This document shows, piece by piece, positions 26,931-40,799 of a DNA stretch of 64,000 nt; positions within the stretch are counted from its first letter, which is position 1, and each line of letters begins with the position of its first letter. The notes below the pieces were generated by a model. That model saw only the letters and a program-made list of their open reading frames with translations, searched no databases and had not been told where the DNA came from. Position numbers and translations under genes: made by a program. Source of the DNA: Camelus ferus (lineage: Eukaryota); the NCBI RefSeq assembly GCF_009834535.1, contig NC_045697.1:11968001-12032000 (forward strand), read 5' to 3'.

Positions 26931-28539
26931 AGAATATACTTTGAGAAACACTCACTACCTACTATGTGCTAGGGATCGTGGCTGCTTTCTTCACTGCCAT
27001 ATCTTCAGTGCTTGGCACACAGTGTGCCATAAATATTAATGGGCAGAATGATGAACATTACCACATTACATTAAAATGATCTGTTGATGCATTTGTCATA
27101 TCACAAGGGCAGGGGGCCCTGTCTTACTCAGTTTCATGCCCTCAATATTGAGCACAGTGCCGGGCACACAGTAGGGACTCCATAAATTCAAACTGAGTTC
27201 AAGGTTCATCTCTTTCATAAAAATCTCTCCTAACTGTTCTTACTCATAATGGTTTATTGTTTGTTTCTACTTTTACAGTACTCTCAAATTGAAATACCCA
27301 ATTTGACTGATTATATAGCAGGGACTTTGAGTTTTCTCTCCAACCTTGTTTCTCCAAAAATATTTTAGGTTCTTTGAAAACAGAGAGGATGCCTTATACT
27401 GTGCCCAGCACTGCAAATCAATACTTTTTTGGAGTCAATATCACCATTCAGATGAATGTAGGCTAGATCAGCGGTGCCAGCAGCACATGCCAAGGCCTCC
27501 AAGGAGTATCTTCATTTCTCTTTTTCCACCCTTGACTAAAGAGATGGCTGTTAGGATAAAGGTTCATATGCAAAAAATGTGAAGAAGTGAATGGGAGGGG
27601 TGGGGGAAGGCCGCTAGTGTCCAATTCCAAGCCTCTGTGCTCTCTTCCTTCTGGCAAAACAGTCAGGAAGGAAAATGCCTGTAATCCCATAAAAATGTGG
27701 GTGTGGGGAAGTGGGAGGGAGAGAGGAAAGAGAGCAAGTCCCATAACAGAACCTGGACCCGACCTTCCACTAGCAGGCATTCTAGCAGGAGTTTATTATG
27801 AGATCCGCAGGAAACCCCAAGGCAAAGAGCTAAATCCAGACACCCGGGACCGAGTATAGAAGACAGAGAGGGACGTTGTTTTCCATCTACACACAAGGCA
27901 CAAGAGGGGAACCCACCACAGGAAGCTCCTAATTGGCAGGCTTCGGGAGATGGTAGGAGTTAACAAAGGGCAGGGTGGTATCTTCCTGTTGGTCTTCAGA
28001 AGGAGGACAACACAGTCCCCGAGGTTCAGTCAGGGCCCTGGGATGAGGTAGGGCGAGGGGCTGGCTGACCCCCCCCCCCCCAAGGTCCTTTGTAATCCCG
28101 TAATTAAATGGTGAATCGTTCACTTCCTCATTTATGCTCGCTCCCGCACACGTCTAAACCCAATTTGATAGTAAGTCCCCTGGGCTGCCTTCCAGGTTGA
28201 GTACGGCGCCACGCAAGCTGCTGGTACTCAACAAATGACTCAAATATTTATTGAATGAAGGATTAAGTGTATCAAGTGTTTAAATAGCCCACATGACCTC
28301 CTCCCCGCCTGTAAAGTACGGCGATGAATGAAATCACAACATTCCAGGCACGATCACTTGAACAGAGCCGGCAAAGAAAAGCACCCCACCCCCCCACTCC
28401 AGCACTGATTCAACTCGATTCACATTCGCATCTTGGAAGTACAGACCTCCTGCTCAGCTTGCAAGCTGTAGGAGTTTCCTTGGCAAGAATTCTCTCTCAG
28501 CTGCCTCACGGTGGTGCCTCCAGAAGGTCACCAAGATTT

Positions 28540-29690
<1,151 letters not shown>

Positions 29691-30239
29691 AAAGAGCAGA
29701 ATGTGTGTGAGGGAATGTGTAGCGTGGGAATACTCGCATATTTAGAGTATTTTCTGCAGAGAAAAGGTCAAACAGGGTAGAGAGGATGGTGGCAGTTGTG
29801 GGAAAAGAGGAAGCCAAGAGGAATGGAGGAGTAACTGAGTAATAGATGGAACTGAAAGGCTAGGTAAACCGATCCCAGTGAAAGTGAAGTGACTCATCCA
29901 CACACTAGGCCACCGGCCGACTGGAGCCAGAATCCTGTCGAGTCTGGGTTACGAGCTGGTGTCTTTTTTAGTTTGTTTGGCGAGTCGAGGGGTTAGCGGG
30001 CCAAATTTCTTTGTGGCTTGCTTCCTCTGGGTTCAAACAGTGGACTTTGGGGAAAGTGACAACACCCTGATCAGAATTTCCTTAAGTGTGAATAATAGCG
30101 TCAAAATTATAAGCCATTTGCATGGTTAATATATTCCATATTACAAACTGCTTTATATCAAGAGTTTTAATAATCTTGATAAATAAAATAAGCAAACTTC
30201 AAAGGGTCTCAGAAACCACAGTCCCATCCCTCAATCCTG

Positions 30240-30380
30240 CAGGTAATAATTCCCATTTTTACAGATGAGGAAATAGACACAGAAAAGTTGTACCAAGTAA
30301 GGCAATTAAAAGTAGCAGAGTTGTGTCTGAAACTGAGATATTCCTATTCTAACTTCCTTACTTTTGCCCCAGTACATTAC
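30240..30380 (-). mobile_element. MIR SINE
   Basis: attcccatttttacagatgaggaaatagacacaga core. Confidence 0.7.
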
Positions 30381-32140
30381 ACTATTTAGGCATGGCCAAC
30401 CTGGGTTTTTGTTCCTACTTTATCCTCTTAGGTTACCTCTCCAGGACAACCACCCCCTCCTTCAACTCAGTTAGAAAACAGAATGCCTGAATCAGAAGGC
30501 ACTGCCAGGAGGTTGATGTAGACTCTTGGTTCTATCCTAGATTCCCTGAGTCAACATCTCTGGAGTTGAGGATCTAGAACCCACATTTTAAAGGATCTTC
30601 CTATTTAATTCCAAATCGCATATTTAAAGTATTTTCTGCAGGGTCATACTAAATTTTACAGGAATTCAACCACTGTGTAAACTAGAGGAAAATTAGCCTT
30701 TTTGGTTCAGAACTTTAAAAAAAATTGTTCACCATTGTGGAAAATCACATCATCACGGCCTTGTGGCTCACAGTATTTGGTTCCTGACACAACACACTTG
30801 TAACTCCATGTTCACGGTGAGTCTGCCATGTAAGCTTCTGAGTGCTACATTATGTCGTAAAGATAATCAAACCAGAGCATCCCGTGTTGAAACATATGAT
30901 TTAATTATAATTGCTTTCCTTTTATTTCCTCTTTATATTACTGTCAAGAAATTATACTGATCTTCAAAATGCATTTACTAATTTAAGAAACTGTGTGAAT
31001 TTTCAGATAGTAACATGAATGTTATAGAAAAGATGATATTGAACGTGAACAGGATGGAGAACTGCTGCTCTTGCTGGTCTTATACACACTAAAGTTCAGT
31101 AATATTGCCATCTGACCCCAACTCTTAGTTATTCAATTATGATCTTATTGAGTCTGGGGGCGAAAATATTTTCCAGTGGGATATCTGAAACTTTCAACTT
31201 TATAATGGAAGACAGTGGGGAAAGCAGATTCCCTTATCAGGCTTTGTTGCAATGTAGCTACTGTAATCAAGGTACCACAAGCTGGCCTGTCTTGGAAGGA
31301 GTCCTCTGCAGTTGCTGGGGTTTTCTGGCACTGTGACCTTTCACACTGTTAGGAATGAAATAGAGGGCAGAAGAAGATTAAGCACCGTCTAACACAGGGC
31401 TGAAGAGTATTTGTTAGCCCACTAAAGTTATCTTGGCATTGTGCTATGCCCTTTGCACGTGTTTTTACCCCCGACAAACACACTTACTATCCTCATTCTA
31501 CAGGCTAGAAAATTGGTGTGAATGGATGCTAAGTACTCAATTTTATACAGCTGGTATAAATATAATGGCGCTGGGTCTATCTGACTTTAAGGGCTATTAT
31601 TTCCACAGCACAAAGAACAATGCTGGTGATCTGAAACTTTTAAAAACCAGAATCAATTGGTTTCTTTTTTTTTTCTATCATAAACCTATAAGCTTTTTTA
31701 AATAGTTGATGCTGATGCTGGAACTATTTATCTCATTCTTTACAGCTCTTTTTTTTTCAAACTGAAGTACAGTCAGTTACAATGTGTCAATTTCTTATAG
31801 CACAATGTCCCAGTCGTGCACATACAAACATATATTAAAGACCTATACTCCCATCTTTAATAGCCATTATTGCATTATATACAACATATTTACCCTATCT
31901 CTTATTGAACAATTCTTTTATTTTTCTTATGTTTTAAGCAAAATGTTTCACATGTTTATAATGTATATTTGCTGTATCATGAGAATATTCAGTTCTTTTC
32001 TAAAGGACAAGAAAAACAAAAAGGATATATGAAATTCATGTTGGATAGAACCCTTAAAATGTGTTAAGTACAGAGAGCATACTGTAAGACACGATACAGA
32101 TAGAATGGAATATATGTAAAAAGAAGGAAACAAACAAGAG

Positions 32141-32688
32141 TGTTACTAACAGGTGGGAAAAGATGGAAAGGCCAAATTGTAAGGTAAAGATGATGCCACC
32201 TTCAGGCTGACAGCCGTATCATCCCTAAAATGCCATTCATTGTTGGCACTCATTTGGGCCCCGTGTACGTTCTGCCCCAGAAACACAGATGAAAAACATA
32301 TGACTTTCAGCAGGCTGCTACCCAGGCATACCTGCCCCTGAACACTTCTAACAGAGCAAGCACCTATTGACTCTAGGCTCCCCCCATCTGCTGAACCTCC
32401 ATTTTCAATTTCAACTGTGGTTCTCACGACCACATTTTCAGAAGTGAAGGCTGGTGCAGCAGACAGGCACATAACAACACTGCATACTATAAGACCCAGG
32501 TAATGTGGTCCTCCCACCTCCCCAGTACCCTATCCTAAGTGTCTTAACCTTCACTATACCTTCCGACAGACTTTTATTTAAAAGTGATTCAATAAACCTT
32601 GTGATATGAGCATTTAAATTTGGGCTGTGAAGTTTCCTGTCCATGACATTTGGGATAGCCTGCCTGGTAGTATATTTGGAGGTGACCA
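32141..32688 (+). mobile_element. Probable ERV solo LTR
   Basis: TG...CA ends, TATA-like tataag, and aataaa followed by U5-like sequence. No TSD confirmed. Confidence 0.5.
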
Positions 32689-33061
32689 TTGCATCAAGGT
32701 AACTTCCTTCAAGACATCATACATATATCTTTGCACAGATGTGCAAGTATTTCCATAGGAATAAATCCTAGAATAAGCCAGTTTCAAAGAGTAAGCAAAT
32801 TTTAAATGTGGATATATTTTTCTATACTGTTCTGCAGAAGTTATTTCAACTTATAATCATTAATAGTGCATAAAAATGCGTGTCTTCCCATACCCTTGCC
32901 AAAACAGCTGCTGTGGATCTTGAAATATCTTCCAATTTAAAAGGTGAAGAGTGTCTCCCTTACACCATTTGTTCAATTGCTGTTGAAACACCTTTCCACA
33001 AGTTGATCAGTCAGTGGAATTAAACCTTTTGTGCATTGTTTTTGCCTGGCTTTCTTCCTTA

Positions 33062-33451
33062 TGTTAAAATAATCTTTTAGGCCCAAGATGAAGCCATTAC
33101 TATGCAGGATGCCACATCAGCAAACCAAGACTGAGGTAACTTTTGTGTCCCTGTAAATGCTCTGTGTGATCAGAAATACAGGATATCCAGTCAGCCTAAT
33201 CCCCAGATGCCAAGCCAACTCTGAGCTCTATACTTAGTTCCTTGTTCCTTCTTACTCCAAACAAGGTTGTGAGGTGGCATCAGCCAATCAGATATTTTCT
33301 AATTTTCTCTTCCTTGTTCTTTATTCCTTATCGTATAAAAGCTTCCTGTCTTTCACCCCATTTTACAGCCTCTGAATGGAGACTCTCCACTTCATAAAGT
33401 ACTAAAGTTTGTTTGTATCACCTAAATTGTCTTCTTTAATCATTTTTAACC
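33062..33451 (+). mobile_element. ERV1 solo LTR (MER34/39-like)
   Basis: Inverted ends tgttaaaat...atttttaac, 4-bp TSD ctta (33058-61 and 33452-55), CCAAT and TATAAAA boxes. Confidence 0.7.
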
Positions 33452-36400
33452 CTTATTACCATATCTTTCTTTGTAGGGGCTTTTAGCACTTTGCTTATCA
33501 TCCGTATTACAAATATTTCCCCCAGTTAGTCATTTATTTTAGCTTTCTTATGCTCTACAAATATTTTGAATCCACTGATCTTTTCTCTTACACTTTCTGG
33601 CTTTTGCATTATGCTTAGAATCTAGGCCTTCCCCGTCCAAGATTAGTTTCTCCTAGCACTTTTATGGTTTTATTTTTCTTAAATGTTTACGTTTTTGAAC
33701 TAGCTGGGATTCATGTTGCTATATGCAGTGAGGTTGGAATCCAAGCTTATGTTTTTCCAGATGGCTAAGCAGTTGCCCCGACAGGTATTGAATAATTCAT
33801 CTGTACCACACTGATCATCCAAATGCTGCCTTAGGTGATTTCTTCAGTAGAAATTTACTAAGGTAATCTTTTATCCTTTGCTTTGGAATTTTCTTTCCTA
33901 ATCAGTCAAGTTGCATGGGCAACTCTATTGTTACTGTTATTACTAAGATACTTCTACTATTCATCTAAAAACAAGATCACACTCTTGACTATTTCACTTA
34001 ACTCCTTTGCCTTATTCCTCCTGATCTTTCAGACTAGCTTGCATGTGCCTAAAATATGCTCTCATGGCTCTGCATTTCGGTGCAGCACCTATGTCATAAT
34101 TCATTTTTAAAACTAAAGTTTTATGTCAAATATCCCTTTTTGAGCTGAAGAATGCAAGAAATGAACACACAGCTTAAACTGGCACTAAGCTTTTATTGTA
34201 ATCCTAACATATATTACCTAGTATGAGGGTTTCATTACAGGTCGCCTAGTAATAGGTTTTCCATCTCATCTCCATAGGAGGAAAATAAAACCCAAAGCCC
34301 CAAACGGCAACATTAGCACTGAGATTACAGTATATCAACATCACACCGTGGAACATGACATTTTCGAATAAAATGTTTTGTGGCAAAATTTTAGCCAGAT
34401 TATATTAAATATTAATATGATCACCATGAGCCCCACGGGTTGTTCTGGAAACAGCTTGTGGGCAATATGAGTGTAGGAACTTTACCACTGGTAGTCATAT
34501 TTTTCAACATCATTCCTTAAAATCCTGTTAGTGGGAACAGAGGTGTGAAACATAGGGATAAAAAAGAGTATATGGGCTAAGAGCAGTTAATGGCCAAGCA
34601 GTCTTTACCCGAAACATTGAACAGCCAATTTGCAAAGTACATTTCACTTTACCTTAAACAGGAAGAAAATGAAGTTGGCAGCTCAATACTATTGCCTTTC
34701 TGACTTTTTCTAGAGTTCAAAGGTAACTAAACAATAGAACTCTCTAACACTGGAAAAAGGAATGGAACTGAAGCTTTTAAATTCTCTTTATTACACAGCA
34801 GTAGAGTGCTCTCTACTTAATGGAAACTAAAATTTTTTTTAACTGAATTAAGTATTGGTAATAGGGATGGCCCATGTTTGAATATTTCAACCTAGCCACG
34901 CTGTTTCTCAATTTCCCTTTCTGGAATTGACCACTGCTCTTTAGATTATCTGTGGTGTCTCTGCAGTACAAATCCAAGTTATCATCTAGAATATTGATTT
35001 GGATTTAGAACTTCTCAAATTTTGGTAAATATAAAAATTATCATGACCTTGATAAAAACGAGTATTTCTGACTCCCCACATAAGAAGTTTTGACTTAGTA
35101 GTAGATCTGAGTAAGGCAATTTAAACGATCACTTCAGTGATGCTGTTGTGGGTGGTACCAGACCTTATTTTCAGAATTCTATATTCTCCCAAACAATCCC
35201 TGTCAGTTCCCTGTATGCCATCTTGCTTTATAAATGTCCCCCTCATCCTCTCTCCTATTCAAATCCTATTAGCCTTCAAGTCTCAGCTCAAATTGCACTT
35301 CAGAGGGAGCCCTGACCTGACAGCTCCTGTCAGAGATGCTCTCTGAGCTCCCATGGAGACAGCAGACATCTCCAAACTTTGATTCAGCAACCAACTAAGA
35401 TCCTCTAGGACCATGTAGTCATCTGCATCCAGCCAGCAAAAGAGGAAAAAGAGTACAGAGAAGGTATATCCACTTCTAAAATACCTTGGGGCCTGGAATT
35501 GACACACCAACTCTGTTGCCATTCTATTGGCAAGAGGTGATTATAGGCAAGAACTGATTAAGGTATAAGGGGGTCTGGGAAATATAATTCCTGGCTGGGT
35601 GGCAATTTCTCCTAAGAACTCTGCAGTATGAAAAGGGGAGCACACAATATGATAGATATAGAATTATCTACTGCAAATAATTCACATTTATTGTAAATAT
35701 CTGAATATTCACTTTCTCATACAGGTAGACGTTTGACATGTAAACTGGAGTAAAAAATCATAGTTAACTGTAAGCTCCATGAAGGCAGAAATTTGTCCAT
35801 TTTGTTGACTGCTTAAGTCCTAGTGCTTAGAATAGTACTTGGCACCCTGTAAGTGCTCAGTAAATAGTTGCTGAATGACCAACTGAATGAATGTACTTTA
35901 TGCACTGAAAGTCTATTAATCAGCCAAAATATGGATGTGTATGTATTAAAAAAGTAAAGTATTGCAAATAATTGATTTGAAAACTATTCATTTCATGTAC
36001 AAAAACAGATATTGAGAATTTTCTGGCAGTTGAATAATAGGGAAATACATAAATATAAATACTAGACTAGATGATGTCTAGAAGAATACCTTAAATGTGT
36101 AAAACATATAAAAACGTTTAAATAGCATTATATGGCAGAATAATAGATTGAATTATTTATAATTCCAATAGTTGTAGAATTGGTACACTAACATTCAAAA
36201 TTTTAAGCAAAGAACTGTTATTTGATTTTTAGTTATTTTATACCATTTAGATAATTAATTTTCAAGAAAAAGTCCAGTTTGGGAATTCTTCAGTCTCTTG
36301 AGGATAATGGAAAAACAGAATGTCAACTCGCCTATGTCGAATTTTATGTAAAGGACAAACTCCATAGATTATAAACCATATCTATGATAAATGACCTTTA

Positions 36401-36539
36401 ACCTGAATAAAATAAATATAAAGCATATGAAGAAAAGGAAGATGTACTAGAGAAAAATGAGATACCTAAAATATTGTTCTCACTAATTAAATTTCAAAAT
36501 ATCAGTTGTAATAAGAATATTTTAATAAAGACAACTCCT

Positions 36540-37680
36540 CTTCTATTTCATATCATTCACAAAATTAATTGAGATGGAGCAGACTTCAAAGTGAAAGCTA
36601 AAACAATAAGGCTTCTTTAAAAAACAACATAGAAGAATGTCTTCATAACATTCAGGTTGGCAAAGAGTTGTTAAAGCACTAGCCATAATGGAGAAAAAAA
36701 AACTGATAAACTGGATTACATAAAAATGTAAACTTCTACTCATAATATACCATTAAGAAAGTAAAAGGACAAGGCATAGACTGGCATAAGATATTTATGA
36801 CACACGCATATACCTGATGAACAACCCTGCATACAAAGTATATAAAGAACAAAGTATACAGAAAACAAATCAATAAGAAAAAGATAGATTAATTTATAAG
36901 TGGGCAAAGGACTTGAATAACTAGCTTTAAAAGAGGTATCTGAATGGCCAATAAGCACATGAAAAGATTTCCACTGCAAATCATGGAAATATAAATTAAA
37001 GCCACAATGAGATACCACTGTCCCATATCAGCATAGGTAAAATTAGGGACTGACAACAGGAAGTGTTAGTAAAGATGTGGAACCACTGGAAATTTCATAC
37101 ATTGGTAGTGGGAACGTAAAGTGATACAATCACTTTGGAATGTGCTTGGTAGCTTTACTAAAAGTAAATATACACCTACCCTATGACACAGCAGTTTGAC
37201 TCCTAGGTGTGTACCCAAGAGGAATGGGTGCACACACTCACAAAAACACAGAAGAATATTTAGTGCAGCTTTATTTGTAACAGCCACAAATCACAAAGAA
37301 CTAAAATGTTATCTAACAGGTAAATGGATAAATGAGAAATATGGCATATTTTTACAATGGAATAATCTACAGCAGTTACAAAAAACCGAACCATGGATAC
37401 ATACAAACACCTGGATGAATCACAGGTATTATGTTGATGAAAGAAGCCAAGCACAAAACAATACAAGCAAGACTGATCTTCAGAAGGGAAGAGTGGTTAT
37501 TTTGGGGGGAGGTATAAACAGGGGAAGGGCACTAGGGAATCCGGAATTTTTTTGTACTTTAATTTGAGTCTATACAATTAAATATGTGAGTGTACGTTAT
37601 GTGAAAAATCAAGTACACTTGTGATTGTTGCATTTTATGTATTGTACTGTAGGTATATTTTCCATGCTCAAAAAAAAAAG
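36540..37680 (+). mobile_element. Old L1 3' portion
   Basis: ccacaatgagatacc; tgactcctaggtgtgtacccaag; gcagctttatttgtaacagcc. Confidence 0.75.
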
Positions 37681-38599
37681 CAGATGGACAAGTTGGCCTG
37701 GGATGGTTTACTCAGTAGATCTGATGATAGAGAAAAGACACATCACCGCACAGAATCATATACAATTAGATCAAAATTTATTCTTAGGTTATATAATATT
37801 TATAGAAACAGAGTACAGGAAGAAACCTCAATCATAACACATAGGGAAAAAAATCTAAAGTGTTATATGGGAATATATTATGGCCCTGGCCACTGGTCAC
37901 TGGTCACTGGATACAACTATATCTTGATAGCAAAAACAGTTTGGAAGATGAAAAACAATATGAAATTTCAAAGTATTATTTCTAAAGAAATAAATAATTC
38001 CTTATGCTTTTGAGTCTACAGAGGCTAAAATTTAAATGAAAAGCTTATTGAAATTACTGCTATAGATTATGCAACATTTCTTTTAAATAAAAAATTTTGA
38101 GATTTGCCTAAGCAAAGGACAAAGTTCCATTTACAAAACAAGTTACTTAAAACTATTTTTTCTGAAAAAATTTTCTCCAGTGCACATCTTATTGAAGGTG
38201 AGCATCTATTGAAACTGGAGTATGATGCCTGAAGGAGTACTCTAATTGCTGACAATCCTACAATTTTCCTACAGTTTTAATGTCAAACTTCTAAAATATG
38301 ACTACCAAAATTGTAATAAAATGATTACATTTTAAGAAATAAAATCTCAGATTTTTTTTTTTTGTGTGTGTGACACAGTGACACTCATCCAAAAAGATGT
38401 ATTTGGGGTACTTCTAATTGCTTCATTTTATCATTAATCTAGTTACTCTTGTACTTCTTTTCTTTTTTTTTTTCTCTTATCCCAACCTCTGTTGCACTTC
38501 TTTCTACACTTCCTATGTACTTAAACACTTTGTTCCAAGTTTCCTAGAAATACTTCCTGAAAGCCCCGCTCTACTTACTTGACACAGTAGTCATCCTGG

Positions 38600-40030
38600 G
38601 ACCTTCCTTCATTGCATTCCTTTGTGAGATCTTATATTTTCAGGGTCCCATGCCTTCTTACTTAGATTACTCCTTTGTTTTGGTGAAGTACATCCTCCAG
38701 TAGCCTCCTAAGAAAGGGTACATGGTAAGATAAAATTTTGAGACTGTGCCAGTCTAACCTTTATTTTAGCCCCATACTTCACTGGATTGTCTATGATTCT
38801 GGACAGAACACTAGATTGGAAATAATTTTTCCTCTTAGATTTGAAGGCCTTGCTTTAATAGTCTTCTAGCATCTTCTAGTGTTGCTACCGAGGAGTCAAA
38901 ATGCCATTCTGAAAACATCCTTTTACGTAACCCTTGTTTTCCCACCGTGGAAACTTTTAGATCTTCTTTAACTCTGGCATCCTGAAATATCATCATATGC
39001 CTTTGTGGGTTTTTGTTTGTTTTTTTAAATTCATTGTCCTGGGCACTCAGTGGATCCTTTTAATTTAGGAGACTCATGTCCTACATTCTGGGGAGATGTT
39101 CTTTAATTTTTCCTCTTCACCTCCTTTCTCTGTTCTCTCATTTTAGAGATCTTATTAATCAGATGTTGCATCCCATTCTGATCTTTTACTTATCTTTTTT
39201 GTTCTTTGCTATTTTTCATCTCTGCTTTTTTGTTCTATTTTCTACACTTTCTTCAACTTAAATTTCAACACATCTATTTCATATTTAATTCTGGTTCTCC
39301 TATTTTTCCAATACTCTTATTCTTTTTTTATAGGATTTTTGTTCTTAATTCATGGATGCAATGTATTTCTTTTTTTCTGAGAATATTATAGCATCCCTGG
39401 GAGTTTTATGTTCTCCACCTTATTTTCAGTTTTTTTCCAGGTACTTGTAATTGTTTCAGTCTTCACCTTTTATTGTTGAAGGTATTTTCGAATGTCTAGT
39501 GACCCTTGGCTATCAGCTCAAGGGACTGAAAGCCATGTTTGAATGAGCAGGGCTTGTGGATTCTGGGTTTCACTTGCAACAAATGACCAAGTGGCAAGCT
39601 GTTTTTCAAATTGTTCATCTTTCTAGATGGGCTGGGCAGGGCTGGGGATATGCTTAGCTGCCAGATTCTATAGCAAGATGGTGAAAGGGGACTGAAGACT
39701 CATAATGTTCAGAATACTCTGAGTCATCCTGCTTTCAGTATAGCACCTCACTTACTAGCACCACTCTCCCCCAGGTCCCAGTTCTAATCTGTTTGGTTCA
39801 ATTTCTCCAGCAAATAAGCCTCCATTCTTCTCTAGAAAAAGGAAGGGAAAACTGCCTGGCTACAAAGGGAGAGCAAAAATGAACTTCAAAATAATCCCCT
39901 TGTTCTCAGCTTTAGTCCTTAACCCCACCTTCCAGGATATCTTGTGCCTACAAATCCTTGAGTCTTTGGTGGGGGGTGCTTCTGGAAGGAAAAGACAGGT
40001 GTTCCAAATTTGTGGATCTTTTCTGTGATG
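38600..40030 (-). mobile_element. Very old L1/HAL1-like ORF1 and 5' region
   Basis: T-rich decayed antisense ORF1-like sequence (gaacactagattggaaataatttttcctc). Confidence 0.5.
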
Positions 40031-40488
40031 AAGAATGGCTGTGAGAACTGTGCCACTTGTCAAGTATTAAAAAAATAAAAATTAAAAAAGTAATGCACTT
40101 AATCCTTTCCTTCATGGTAAAAGAGAATGAGAAAGTAATTGCTTAAAATACACACAGACAAAAAACAATAAACAACCCTCAAATTACCTATCACTGGGAC
40201 ATCATTTTCAAAATCTGTATGTCTGGAAATGTTTTAATGGATGGCTATGTGACGATTTTAACCAAAGACAGAGTCTCTTCTATAAAAACTCTCATATCTG
40301 CAATTGCACTTCCTCTTTCATCTCTTAGTAACAGTTCTAACCTTGGCTCAACTCTGCGTTACCCTCCTTCTCCCTACATCAAGTACTTGCAGGTAAGAAA
40401 ACAACACATGACGGAAAGAACCAGACTGTTCCCTGGGAACAACTACATGACTACAGTCCAATCTTAACCAATGTTACTAACACATTTA

Positions 40489-40641
40489 TAGGGTTGCCAG
40501 ATAAAATATGAGATGTCAGATAAGTTTGAATTTCAGGTAATTTTTTTTTTAGTGTAAGTATGGCCCATATTTCATTGTTTATTTGAAACTCGAATTTATT
40601 TGGGCATCCTGTATTTTTATTTGCTAAATCTGGCAATCCAA
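40489..40641. mobile_element. MER53 hAT MITE
   Basis: TIRs tagggttgccagat...atctggcaatccaa. 8-bp TSD cacattta at 40481-88 and 40642-49. Confidence 0.85.
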
Positions 40642-40799
40642 CACATTTAAAAAAATAATGTACCATAAGTAGAAAGTGACCAACATAAAAAAGCTGGGTT
40701 TAAAGGAAACTGGCATCTGGACCAAAGCTAGTCAAGCCACCAGGAAAATCTGTATTACTACCAGGCAGGTAGCCAGGGGCAACCCCATGTATACTCACT

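Larger units (their letters stand above)
34192..40385 (-). pseudogene. Putative decayed multi-exon env-like gene (exons ~40188-40385, 38147-38257, 36244-36402, 34817-34985, 34652 to the polyA signal)
   Basis: AG/GT-bounded segments with mutually compatible phases (1,1,1,2), in-frame stops, and AATAAA at 34197-34192. Env similarity was judged by eye only. Confidence 0.4.

Noticed and set aside
34200..34340. 3' LTR matching a 5' LTR at 46.25-46.6 kb
   Set aside because: Only a short atggaaaac match was seen. No convincing LTR pair could be identified, which is a gap in the provirus model.
38147..38257. By-eye similarity of AIRVLLQASY...LEKI to a HAUS3 segment
   Set aside because: A single short match. 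Neighbouring segments do not follow HAUS3, whereas they follow an Env-like order.
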